A stretch of DNA of 47,657 bases, taken from a virus. Lineage: Duplodnaviria > Caudoviricetes. The stretch is taken from IMG/VR virus record IMGVR_UViG_3300043416_000191, positions 1-47,657 of that record. One strand, 5' to 3'. The translations under genes and the position numbers were made by a program. The notes under the pieces are model-generated. The model was not told the origin of the DNA. It searched no databases and saw nothing but the letters and a program-made list of their open reading frames with translations. Positions 28,289 through 37,479 of this stretch are shown here, in pieces (position 1 is the first letter of the stretch; each line of letters starts with the position of its first letter).

Positions 28289-28334
28289 GGGTTTTCACGG
28301 TCTTATGCTAAATAAATGCTTTTTATACCTCATT

Positions 28335-30800
28335 TTAAAATTCACACGTCTTATGAAATTCTTGAACTTCTAAAACATTACTAGCCATATTTTCAATATT
28401 TTTGATCCAGACATTATGTTTTTTATATTTTTGTTCTCCTTTTGCAATGTAAACTCTGTTAGTTATTTTTTGAAAATCCATACCTATTAATATATGTTGA
28501 ATCATTTTTGCAGATGGTAATAGACTATTATCCCCATCAAAATCCATCTTTATTAATGAAGTTAAATAAGTCAGATCAATAATATCATCATTAATAATGT
28601 CACATCTAAACTTATCAATTAGGTCATGAAAATGCTCAACTTCAGGATTAGCTGAATAACCTATCATGGAAGAACGTGCTTCAGTTAATGGCGCACGACC
28701 CTTATGCTTAAATTCAGGACTGATAGTTCTATTCATTAAATAAGAAGCTATTGCGTCAATCCTCCGCATACTTTCTTCAAATAGCGTACTAAAATACGTT
28801 TCAGCTTCTTCAGGACTACCTAAAACTCGATATAACTGCTCAACAGTCTGTATTGCCCCATAAATAATGCAATAACAACGCTCTTCATCGGTAATAGCTA
28901 AGGCATCTTTATAATTAGTAAAGAATAAATAACTAGCAAAATTAGGTACGTTACGTTGATCTCTACCTTTCTCTTCTATTTGGATTTGATTATCTCGTAC
29001 ATACCCTTTTATCTTATTCATTAAAGTGTATTTATCAGCACCACCCACATATATTTCTTCTACAATATTAAGAATTGACCCTATTGCCCATGCTGAGAAG
29101 TTACTTGTTATGGCTGTAGGACTAACTTTTTTAACATTATCTAATCCTAAAACTCCTTGCATAACATCCCCAAAGTATGATTTACCACAGCCTTGTAAAC
29201 CTTGCAAAAGCAATGCCCAATTCATACGTTTGCCAGGGTATTGAATAATATGACACATCCAATCCAACATGATTGTTCGTTCACGGACATTATTAAAAGT
29301 AATCTTGATATGTGCTAGGAACATGTCAACAATCTTCTGCCCATCGTCATCACCGTCTAAACTATCAAATGCAACAAGACCATTTTTATAGGTATTCACC
29401 ATAGGTTTGCCCTGATGGTAGATAAACTCATCTCCATTAGGCCAATACATAGTATCAACAACAGTCTTCATACGATGAGTAACGCACATTAATTGTGATG
29501 CAGTTACTTCCCCATTTTTACATTCAATTTCCCCACTGAACTTTTGATTAAAAGCTTCTCTGTTAATTCCATAGTTCAATACTCTATTATGATACTTACC
29601 TTTGGTTTCGATATACACCCAATCATTTGCCCACTCTGGACATTCGTCATCTTCTCTAATAACTTCCTTTTTTCTAGGCATCAACTCACGTTTAATAGTC
29701 GCCCTAGTTATGCCAACAGACTTACCCCAATCCTCATAAACTTGATTTGCTAACAACTGACGTTTGCTTTCCGGTAATACTTTGATAGGCGTTTTACTTA
29801 ATCGTTTGCGCAAAGCATCATAAGTAGCTACATCCACTACTTTATGCTCATCGTCCTCATCATCCATTATCTGTTCAAAGTAAATGGTTTCTTCCTGTTC
29901 CCTTAACCCACTTGCTTTTTCAATAACAGTAGCGAAAGTCAATGGCTTTTTACCTTTTAATCGTTTCTTAAAAGACTTCCATTTACGCTTCAGGTCCTTT
30001 TCATCAAAACGATCTACATCAAGTTCTGACCATGAGTGCCATAAGCTGTACCCTTGTGCATCACCTTCATATTGATGATACAAAGCCCTACCAACATTAA
30101 CCCAATCTTCATATTCATCAATGCCTTCAGCTTTATACAACTGCAAACAATCATTAACTTCTTCATCACTAACATCTAAAGGTTGATAATTTAAATAGTC
30201 TTCAAGATCACTACCTTCCCCATTTCCGTTAACAACTACAACATCTTCTCTATACTTCTCTATGTCAAAGTCATTAATATCTAAGAAATCACCTGTCTTT
30301 TTAAAAGTAAACCCATCATTAAGAGTTTCCATAGGTATAGTTGGCATATACATAGGTAATTCAGGTTTAAAAGCACAAGGATCAAAAGGAAATTCTTTAA
30401 ACTCATCAGCCAATGCTCTACACAAAGGTTCATAGTCTTGAGCAGGTATTTCTTGTAGCAAAGGGATAACGATTCTAAAACGAGGAGCATCAACAGTGCT
30501 GCTGAAGGTGGAGTAGGCGAGAAGGGTATAGGGAAAGGTATAGGTCAACTCACGTTCAACATCTTGCCTATTGCCATCGTACTTATCCACATCTATAGTC
30601 ACTAAACTTCTACTGAGCATGTTCTCAGCATTGCGGTAATTACCTTTGAACTCACCACCTACGAAATAACCATGTTGCCCCTTGCTATCAGCTACCTTGT
30701 GCAAAGTAAGTGCAGTAACAAGTTCAGACCAGGTAGGCGACTTAAGTTTACACTGTGTAGTGGTAATCTTATCCGCTCTTGATATTTTAAATGTTTGCAT
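28335..30800 (-). CDS. Primase-helicase (primase, PriCT-2 and SF3/DUF5906 ATPase domains)
   Basis: YSTFS....PRFRIVIPL; Y.DW..VG.AL...G...W..WS (PriCT-2); Walker A GLQGCGKS and Walker B IVEEI. Confidence 0.88.
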   Translation of the reverse strand: MQTFKISRADKITTTQCKLKSPTWSELVTALTLHKVADSKGQHGYFVGGEFKGNYRNAENMLSRSLVTIDVDKYDGNRQDVERELTYTFPYTLLAYSTFSSTVDAPRFRIVIPLLQEIPAQDYEPLCRALADEFKEFPFDPCAFKPELPMYMPTIPMETLNDGFTFKKTGDFLDINDFDIEKYREDVVVVNGNGEGSDLEDYLNYQPLDVSDEEVNDCLQLYKAEGIDEYEDWVNVGRALYHQYEGDAQGYSLWHSWSELDVDRFDEKDLKRKWKSFKKRLKGKKPLTFATVIEKASGLREQEETIYFEQIMDDEDDEHKVVDVATYDALRKRLSKTPIKVLPESKRQLLANQVYEDWGKSVGITRATIKRELMPRKKEVIREDDECPEWANDWVYIETKGKYHNRVLNYGINREAFNQKFSGEIECKNGEVTASQLMCVTHRMKTVVDTMYWPNGDEFIYHQGKPMVNTYKNGLVAFDSLDGDDDGQKIVDMFLAHIKITFNNVRERTIMLDWMCHIIQYPGKRMNWALLLQGLQGCGKSYFGDVMQGVLGLDNVKKVSPTAITSNFSAWAIGSILNIVEEIYVGGADKYTLMNKIKGYVRDNQIQIEEKGRDQRNVPNFASYLFFTNYKDALAITDEERCYCIIYGAIQTVEQLYRVLGSPEEAETYFSTLFEESMRRIDAIASYLMNRTISPEFKHKGRAPLTEARSSMIGYSANPEVEHFHDLIDKFRCDIINDDIIDLTYLTSLIKMDFDGDNSLLPSAKMIQHILIGMDFQKITNRVYIAKGEQKYKKHNVWIKNIENMASNVLEVQEFHKTCEF

Positions 30801-30801
30801 A

Positions 30802-30996
30802 TTAGCCCCGATGTTCTATGATAGGCATCTCAACAGCTTTCAGTTCTCCGTTCGTTATTTTCTCAATCTGAATGGCTCTATTAGCTGGAATAATTCCCAA
30901 TTTAAGCCATTCACCTACAGCTTGACGACTGACACCAAGCCGCAATGCCATCCTTCTCTGATTACCAAAGTGTTTAATAATTAATTCTGTATTCAT
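30802..30996 (-). CDS. Cro/YdaS-like HTH regulator
   Basis: HFGNQRRMALRLGVSRQAVGEW...IPANRAIQIEKIT.G. Confidence 0.85.
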   Translation of the reverse strand: MNTELIIKHFGNQRRMALRLGVSRQAVGEWLKLGIIPANRAIQIEKITNGELKAVEMPIIEHRG

Positions 30997-30998
30997 AG

Positions 30999-31032
30999 TT
31001 GTAATCTCTTTAGTGACAATGTAGACTTGACA
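30999..31032 (+). promoter_or_regulatory. Sigma70 promoter with overlapping operator
   Basis: TTGTAA-17-TAGACT; operator TGACAA-N7-TTGACA at 31014-31032. Confidence 0.55.
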
Positions 31033-31065
31033 CTCTACTTTATTTTAATGAAAGGCGCAAATAAA

Positions 31066-32187
31066 ATGACAGCACACGCAAAGTTATCGGCTTCAGGCTC
31101 CCACACTTGGTTAAAGTGTACGGGTAGTATAAAAGCGCAAGAGGCATATCCTAATACTTCAAGTGCCTTTGCTATAGAAGGCACTTACGCCCATGAGTTG
31201 GCTGAATGGTGTATGGTGAAACAGATTACTCCTTTCACCTTTGCTGGAAAGGCATTAAATGGCTCTGCTTTTCTTGTCACTGGAGAAATGTGTTCACATG
31301 TGCAAACCTATATTGACTTTGTTGATTCAATACCAGGTGATGTTCAGATTGAGCAACGAGTAGACTTTAGTGATTATGCACCTGAAGGTTTTGGCACAGC
31401 AGATTGTGTTATTTATGATTCAGACAACAATAAAATAACAATTGTTGATTTGAAATACGGAAAAGGGGTAAGAGTTGATGCCTATGATAATAGCCAATTG
31501 AAACTTTATGCTTTGGGTGCGCTATCTGATTACAACTTGGCGTATAAAATAAAAGAAGTAACATTAGTTATAGTGCAACCACGCTTAGACCATATAGATG
31601 AGTACACTATTAAAACAGATGACCTGTACCGATGGGGTGAGTTTGTTAAAATCCAAGCGGCTATTGCCCTATCGGATGATGCCCCTAGAACACCAGGTAA
31701 TGAACAATGCCGATGGTGCAGACACAAACCAAGATGCCCAGAGCTGTTACAACTGACAACAGATACTTTATTAAGTGGGTTTGATAATTGTGAAACAAAA
31801 GCTGTTAATAGATTAACAGATGACCAACTTACTCAAGCATTGGCAAATGCCCCATTGATTAAATCATGGCTGTCGGCTGTTGAAGACTATGTTAAAGATA
31901 AACTGGAAACGGGTGAAGGTTTTAAAGGGTATAAGTTAGTAGAAGGTAGAAGTAGCCGGGCATGGACTAGTGAAAATGATGCAATAACAGCGTTAAGTGG
32001 TGTATATCCTGACCATCAATTGTTTGAAAAGTCATTCATATCAGTACCCAAAGCAGAAAAGTTAGTGGGTAAAAAGAACATGCAGTTTATAGATGATCTT
32101 ATTATTAAACGACCAGGTAAACCCACCCTAGTGCCAGATTCAGATAACCGATCTTCTATTTCTGTATCGGCTGATGACTTTGATTAA
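31066..32187 (+). CDS. DUF2800/Cas4-like PD-(D/E)XK exonuclease
   Basis: AHAKLSASG...W.KC, FGTAD, IVDLKYGKG, QLKLYALG and C.WC..K..C motifs. Probable start ATG at 31066. Confidence 0.9.
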   Translation: MTAHAKLSASGSHTWLKCTGSIKAQEAYPNTSSAFAIEGTYAHELAEWCMVKQITPFTFAGKALNGSAFLVTGEMCSHVQTYIDFVDSIPGDVQIEQRVDFSDYAPEGFGTADCVIYDSDNNKITIVDLKYGKGVRVDAYDNSQLKLYALGALSDYNLAYKIKEVTLVIVQPRLDHIDEYTIKTDDLYRWGEFVKIQAAIALSDDAPRTPGNEQCRWCRHKPRCPELLQLTTDTLLSGFDNCETKAVNRLTDDQLTQALANAPLIKSWLSAVEDYVKDKLETGEGFKGYKLVEGRSSRAWTSENDAITALSGVYPDHQLFEKSFISVPKAEKLVGKKNMQFIDDLIIKRPGKPTLVPDSDNRSSISVSADDFD

Positions 32188-32193
32188 AATAGT

Positions 32194-32227
32194 TTGACAT
32201 ATAATAAATGTCAATGTAAGCTTTACA
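32194..32227 (+). promoter_or_regulatory. Sigma70 promoter with overlapping operator
   Basis: TTGACA-17-TAAGCT; operator TGTCAA-N7-TTTACA at 32209-32227. Confidence 0.65.
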
Positions 32228-32265
32228 AGCCAATTAAGGCAAACCTCAAAAAAGGATAAAATAAA

Positions 32266-32775
32266 ATGTCAAAAGTAACAATTCAAAATGTAAGATTATC
32301 ATTTCCATCAGTGTTTAAAAAAGCATTTTTTGATGGTAAAGAAACCAAATTTGAAGCTACCTTTTTGTTTGAAAAAAAATCAAAAACGCATAAACAAGTA
32401 GAAAAAGCGATTGATGATTTTATCAAAGAAAAGTTTGCAGATAAAGTGCCTAAAGGTTTAAAAATCACTTGCCTTAAAGATGGTGATGAAAAAGACACCA
32501 ATGGTTATGAAGGTATGATGGCTTTAAAAGCCGCTAGTATTAAACGCCCTATGGTGATTGATGCTGACAAAACTCCTTTAGCTGAAGAAGATGGCAAATT
32601 GTATCCAGGCTGTTACGTCAATGCCATATTTGAGTTTTGGTATTCAGAACATCCATTAGGTGGTAAACAACTTCTAGGTAGTTTATTAGCTCTTCAGTTT
32701 TACAGAGATGGCGAACCATTCTCTGATGGTACTTCAGCATCTATTGATGATTTTGAAGATGTGTCTGAGTTTTAA
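32266..32775 (+). CDS. DUF2815 ssDNA-binding protein
   Basis: NVRLSFP, LKDGD and YPGCYVNA motifs; acidic tail DDFEDVSEF. Confidence 0.88.
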   Translation: MSKVTIQNVRLSFPSVFKKAFFDGKETKFEATFLFEKKSKTHKQVEKAIDDFIKEKFADKVPKGLKITCLKDGDEKDTNGYEGMMALKAASIKRPMVIDADKTPLAEEDGKLYPGCYVNAIFEFWYSEHPLGGKQLLGSLLALQFYRDGEPFSDGTSASIDDFEDVSEF

Positions 32776-32797
32776 TTTAACTTAACACAAATCAATT

Positions 32798-32821
32798 AAG
32801 CCCCTTTATTGGGGCTTTTTT
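32798..32821 (+). terminator. Intrinsic terminator
   Basis: AAGCCCC-tttatt-GGGGCTT followed by TTTT. Confidence 0.85.
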
Positions 32822-32839
32822 ATCATCAGGGAGCAGAGC

Positions 32840-34615
32840 ATGGCATTATTTGTCGATGTGGAATGTTATAAAGATTACTTTTTAGTCTGCGCTAAAAATA
32901 GTAAAACAGGTAAGATTACTAAAATACCAAAGCACTCTGATTGCCTATTGGATAAAGTCTTATTGACTAAAATGATGACGCAAGAACTTATTACTTTCAA
33001 CGGCAATAGGTATGATATACCTATGATAAGTGCTGCATTAGCTGGATATGATTGTCAAAAGCTACATGATTTATCAAATGAAATAATCATGAGCGACATT
33101 CCTACTTATCAAATCCTAAAGAATAAAAACTTTAGTGTTGGAAACTACAATCATATTGACCTTATTGAAGTAGCCATTGGTGTTGCTTCCTTAAAGATAT
33201 ACGGTGGCAGACTGCATACGCAAAAGATGCAGGACTTGCCTATTGATCCACAAGCTTCTATTTCAGCAGAGCAACGTGAACTGTTAGAACGCTATTGCCA
33301 AAATGATTTAGAGTTGACTGAGTTACTCTACAAGAAATTACTACCTCAAATTGATCTCCGCAGAGAAATGAAGGCCACCTATGGAATGGATTTACGTTCC
33401 AAGTCTGATGCTCAAATAGCGGAAACGATTATCAAGTCAGAACTTAATACACTTACCAATAAAACCTATACACCTAAACAATATGAAGAGGGCTTTATTT
33501 TTAATTATAAAAATCCTTCAATTATTTCGTTTACCAATCCAGAATTACTTAACATTTATACTCAACTACTTGAGCAAGATTTTACCCTATCAGCTAAAGG
33601 GTCTGTACAAATGCCAGTATGGTTAGCCAGACAAAAGATTACGATAGGCACTACTGTTTATAAAATGGGCATTGGTGGCTTGCACAGTTGTGAGAAATCC
33701 CAATATGTAAAAGCAGGTAAAGGCTATTTGCTTAGTGACTTTGATGTAACTTCTTTTTACCCTAGTATCATACTTCAACAAGAATTAGCCCCTGAAAATA
33801 TGGGGAAAGACTTCTTAACTTTATACCAATCTATTGTAGATCGCAGAGTAGATGCTAAACGAGATAAGAATACTGTTGAAGCTGATGTACTTAAGATTGT
33901 ACTTAACGGTTCATACGGTAAGTTTGGTAGTCGTTTTAGTTCTTTGTATTCACCTGAACTATTGCTACAGACCACCATAACAGGGCAACTAAGTTTATTG
34001 ATGCTTATCGAGTCATTAGAGAGAAATGGTATAAAAGTAGTATCAGCTAATACTGATGGTATTGTCGTCTATTACCGAGCTGATGAAACAGAAGAGTTGC
34101 ATACTTTATTAACTAAATGGTCAGAAAAGACAACCTATAATCTTGAACAAACAGACTACAGGTTAATTGCTTCAAGAGATGTAAATAGTTACTTAGCTGT
34201 TAAAACAGATGGCAAGACTAAAGGTAAAGGTTGTTTTGCAGATCCATCTCTTTCTAAAAACCCTGATGGTCAAATCATCTTTGAAGCGGTCATTGCTAAA
34301 ATGGCATCAGGCCAACCTGTTGCTAAGACTATACGAACTTCCACTGACATTACTAAGTTTGTCACAGTACGCACAGTTAATGGTGGAGCAGTTTGGCAAG
34401 AGAGTTATTTAGGCAAAGCCATACGATTCTACCATACGTCAACACCAGAATTACAAGAGGCCACCATTAATTATGCTAAAAACGGTAATAAAGTACCTAA
34501 TAGTTTAGGTTGTAGGCCATTAATGGATTTACCTGATACTTTTCCTGATGATGTAGACCACAACTATTACATTGATAAAGCAAATGAATTATTAAAAGGG
34601 GTAGGTTATGCTTGA
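32840..34615 (+). CDS. Family B DNA polymerase with 3'-5' exonuclease
   Basis: Exo motifs DVECY, FNGNRYD and YCQND; polymerase motifs DFDVTSFYPS, KIVLNGSYGK and NTDG. Confidence 0.88.
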   Translation: MALFVDVECYKDYFLVCAKNSKTGKITKIPKHSDCLLDKVLLTKMMTQELITFNGNRYDIPMISAALAGYDCQKLHDLSNEIIMSDIPTYQILKNKNFSVGNYNHIDLIEVAIGVASLKIYGGRLHTQKMQDLPIDPQASISAEQRELLERYCQNDLELTELLYKKLLPQIDLRREMKATYGMDLRSKSDAQIAETIIKSELNTLTNKTYTPKQYEEGFIFNYKNPSIISFTNPELLNIYTQLLEQDFTLSAKGSVQMPVWLARQKITIGTTVYKMGIGGLHSCEKSQYVKAGKGYLLSDFDVTSFYPSIILQQELAPENMGKDFLTLYQSIVDRRVDAKRDKNTVEADVLKIVLNGSYGKFGSRFSSLYSPELLLQTTITGQLSLLMLIESLERNGIKVVSANTDGIVVYYRADETEELHTLLTKWSEKTTYNLEQTDYRLIASRDVNSYLAVKTDGKTKGKGCFADPSLSKNPDGQIIFEAVIAKMASGQPVAKTIRTSTDITKFVTVRTVNGGAVWQESYLGKAIRFYHTSTPELQEATINYAKNGNKVPNSLGCRPLMDLPDTFPDDVDHNYYIDKANELLKGVGYA

Positions 34616-34874
34616 AAAAACAATTGAACAGGCTTTATGTAAACGAGTTAAAGAATTAGGCGGTAGTTGTGATAAGTATAGTAGTCCTAGCAGAAGAGCT
34701 GTTCCTGACAGAATTGTTATGCTACCGAATAAAACTTTAATATTTGTAGAGTGCAAAGCACCAGGTAAAGCTCCAACTGATGCTCAGTACCGAGATCATG
34801 AACGCAGAAGGGCAATGGGCTTTGATGTACGAGTAATATCAACATTGGAACAAGTAAATGCCTTCCCGAATTGA
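34608..34874 (+). CDS. VRR-NUC nuclease
   Basis: LEK.IE, VPDRI and FVECKAPG..P...Q motifs. Confidence 0.9.
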   Translation: MLEKTIEQALCKRVKELGGSCDKYSSPSRRAVPDRIVMLPNKTLIFVECKAPGKAPTDAQYRDHERRRAMGFDVRVISTLEQVNAFPN

Positions 34875-36186
34875 TTTACATGATTACCAAAACAGAGCGG
34901 TTGCGTTCATAAAGGATAAACGTAGATCATTTTTGATGTTGGAGATGGGGCTTGGTAAAACAATTTCTACCCTAACCGCTATTACCGATTTGCTCCAAAC
35001 CAAATCAATCCGCAAAGTATTGGTCATTGCCCCATTGCGAGTAGCCAACTCCGTATGGGTACAAGAATCTTGCAAATGGCAACACACTAAACATTTGGTA
35101 ATCCATAGGGTGATAGGCGACCAAAAGACTCGCCTAAAGGCTTTACATCATGATAGTGAAGTCTATGTTATTAATAGAGAAAATGTTCAATGGCTAGTTA
35201 CCCACTACGGTAAGAAATGGCCTTTTGATATGGTAGTAGTAGATGAAAGCAGTTCTTTTAAGAACGCTACTAGCCAACGCTTTAAAGCAATGAAAAAAAT
35301 ATTACCTTTTGTTGAGTATATGGTATTGCTTACTGGTACACCGTCACCTAATGGCCTGTTGGATTTATGGTCACAATGTTATTTGGTGGACTATGGCAAT
35401 TCATTAGGCCGCACAATGAGTACCTATAAGCAACGCTTTTTTGAACAAGATTATATGGGCTATTCATTTACGCCCAGAAAAGGCGCTCAGGAATCAATAC
35501 ACACTTTGATGCAACCGTACACCTTATCTATGCAAACGGCTGACTATCTTGAGTTACCTGATCGTATAGATTTGATTGAAGATATTGAGTTAGAACCTAA
35601 AGTATTAACTGCGTATAAACTTTTTGAACGTAATCTCTTCATTGAGTTTGAAGGTCATCAGGTAGAAGCAATCAACGCTGCTGTATTAGCTAATAAGTTA
35701 TTACAATATTGCAATGGGGCAATGTACACCGATAAGTATAAGAACTGGGGAGAACTTCACACGGCTAAACTTGATGCGGTAGCTGAGTTGATAGAACAGA
35801 ATGATGAGAATATTCTGGTAGCGTATAACTATAGAAGTGATCTTGAACGCCTACAGGCACGTTTCCCTGATGCTGTGCGTTTAGACAAACGTGATGAAAC
35901 TATTCAAGCATGGAACAGAGGGGAGATTAAGTTATTACTAGCTCACCCCAAATCAGCAGGTCATGGGATCAATCTTTATGAAGGTGGGTGTATGACCATA
36001 TGGTTTTCCTTGTGTTGGTCATTAGAATATTACCAACAGTTCAATGCAAGATTACATCGACAAGGACAAACTAAACCTGTCCGCATTGTTCATTTGGTTG
36101 TAAAAGACGGCATTGATGAACGGGTAATGCGAGTTATAAATGAGAAAGATGCCACGCAGAATAGGCTATTGAGCGCATTGCGATAA
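34858..36186 (+). CDS. SNF2-family helicase
   Basis: MGLGKT, VVDESS, LTGTP.PN, AGHGINL and QFNARLHRQGQ motifs. Confidence 0.92.
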   Translation: MPSRIDLHDYQNRAVAFIKDKRRSFLMLEMGLGKTISTLTAITDLLQTKSIRKVLVIAPLRVANSVWVQESCKWQHTKHLVIHRVIGDQKTRLKALHHDSEVYVINRENVQWLVTHYGKKWPFDMVVVDESSSFKNATSQRFKAMKKILPFVEYMVLLTGTPSPNGLLDLWSQCYLVDYGNSLGRTMSTYKQRFFEQDYMGYSFTPRKGAQESIHTLMQPYTLSMQTADYLELPDRIDLIEDIELEPKVLTAYKLFERNLFIEFEGHQVEAINAAVLANKLLQYCNGAMYTDKYKNWGELHTAKLDAVAELIEQNDENILVAYNYRSDLERLQARFPDAVRLDKRDETIQAWNRGEIKLLLAHPKSAGHGINLYEGGCMTIWFSLCWSLEYYQQFNARLHRQGQTKPVRIVHLVVKDGIDERVMRVINEKDATQNRLLSALR

Positions 36187-36190
36187 ATAA

Positions 36191-36232
36191 TGTCAAGCTA
36201 GTATTGACATAAGTATTTCTTAGTTTTAAGAT
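36191..36232 (+). promoter_or_regulatory. Sigma70 promoter with overlapping operator
   Basis: TTGACA(36204)-17-TAAGAT; perfect operator TGTCAA-N7-TTGACA at 36191-36209. Confidence 0.7.
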
Positions 36233-36265
36233 AACCCCACCTTAACAACAACGAGAGAAACTAAA

Positions 36266-36484
36266 ATGAACAATAAACAAATAGCAATAATGATAATAAC
36301 AGCCCTTACATGTGGTTTTATAATTGGAACTACTTATGCCAAAGACAGCCATTCTGTCCAGATCCACAAGACTGATAGCGGAATGTTTATCATTGATAAC
36401 TCGCCCAAAGGTGAGCGTATTTATCAGGTTATTCAACTACCCACCAACGTACCATCGTTTGTAGCTCCAAGAGGTGACTTCTAA
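36266..36484 (+). CDS. Exported/membrane-anchored hypothetical protein
   Basis: N-terminal signal-like segment; RBS GAGAGA. Confidence 0.6.
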   Translation: MNNKQIAIMIITALTCGFIIGTTYAKDSHSVQIHKTDSGMFIIDNSPKGERIYQVIQLPTNVPSFVAPRGDF

Positions 36485-36678
36485 TGATAAGCATACAAAG
36501 TTTTTTTGATAATAGAATTGATACTTCAAATATGCCAAGTTTGAGAGATTACATGGCAGTGGAAGTTATGCGATCTCTTATAAGTGAGACTGAGTATAGG
36601 CAAAATCATAACAGCAGTGAATTAGCTGCTATATCTTACTGTTACGCAGATGCAATGATAAAGGCTAGGGGAATATAA
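36484..36678 (+). CDS. Small phage protein with SLRDY.A...M / Y..ADAM..AR domain
   Basis: PSLRDYMAVEVMRSLI...SYCYADAMIKAR. Confidence 0.65.
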   Translation: MISIQSFFDNRIDTSNMPSLRDYMAVEVMRSLISETEYRQNHNSSELAAISYCYADAMIKARGI

Positions 36679-36977
36679 TGATAGTTGAATACGACCACGA
36701 TGATGAGCAAGAAGAACTTGGTATGAAAGTCGACACCATTGTTGACGATATGATTACTGACCAAGAACTTGGCGGTATATTAGTAGCTCAGGCTTTCGTA
36801 GACTACTGCCAAGCATTGATTAACGCTGAAGTAATAGAAGAGGATGGTAGCATCTTCTTTGGTATCTTAGAGCGGTCTGTGAGCTGTCCTATACCAACCG
36901 AAAGACATTCCCCTATCAATACTATTATCCGTGATGCTATGAACTGGAAAGCTACCAAATTGGCTTTGGGGGAGTGA
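36678..36977 (+). CDS. Acidic hypothetical protein
   Basis: 99 aa, translationally coupled to neighbours. Confidence 0.55.
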   Translation: MIVEYDHDDEQEELGMKVDTIVDDMITDQELGGILVAQAFVDYCQALINAEVIEEDGSIFFGILERSVSCPIPTERHSPINTIIRDAMNWKATKLALGE

Positions 36978-37318
36978 TGGAAGAATTATTAACTAAAGTT
37001 CTTATTACTTTTAATCCGCAATCAGAAGATCAAATAAATCTATATCTTGATATTAAAAATTATTTAGAAAAATATAAACAGGTTGAATTTAAAATTAACC
37101 AAAGAATTCCTATTGGTTATCTTAGAAAATCTAACAATAAATATATATTTACTCTTAATTATCCAAATAAAAATTATAAATCAATCCCACTTTATACATC
37201 ACCTGCTAAAAGAAAACCTTTAACAGATAAAGAAATTGAAATTTTATGGAATGATTCAAATACTAAAAATATAGCAAGAGCTGTTGAATTTGCACATGGT
37301 ATTGGGGAAACACAATGA
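36974..37318 (+). CDS. Divergent member of the mosaic small-gene family
   Basis: PLYTSPAKRKPLTD.EI and ARAVEFAHGIG match boxes C and D of the 40-42.7 kb array. Confidence 0.6.
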   Translation: MMEELLTKVLITFNPQSEDQINLYLDIKNYLEKYKQVEFKINQRIPIGYLRKSNNKYIFTLNYPNKNYKSIPLYTSPAKRKPLTDKEIEILWNDSNTKNIARAVEFAHGIGETQ

Positions 37319-37479
37319 AAATCATATTATTAATAATGCTACTTACCATCAGCACTACTGCCCTTGCAGAATCAAAAAAGTGTGTAGAACTACAAAAAAA
37401 GTACAACAAAGCAGTAAGAACACATAGTCCGGCTAGACACCGCCTTGCAGAAAGGCTGTGGGTGGAGTGTGGGAAATGA
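37315..37479 (+). CDS. Small secreted protein (54 aa, not in ORF track)
   Basis: Signal peptide MKIILLIMLLTISTTALA and two Cys; ATGA overlaps on both sides. Confidence 0.6.
   Translation: MKIILLIMLLTISTTALAESKKCVELQKKYNKAVRTHSPARHRLAERLWVECGK

Noticed and set aside
31066-32187. Cas4-like nuclease as evidence of CRISPR-Cas
   Set aside because: It is the DUF2800 nuclease of the standard phage replication module, with no other cas genes or array.
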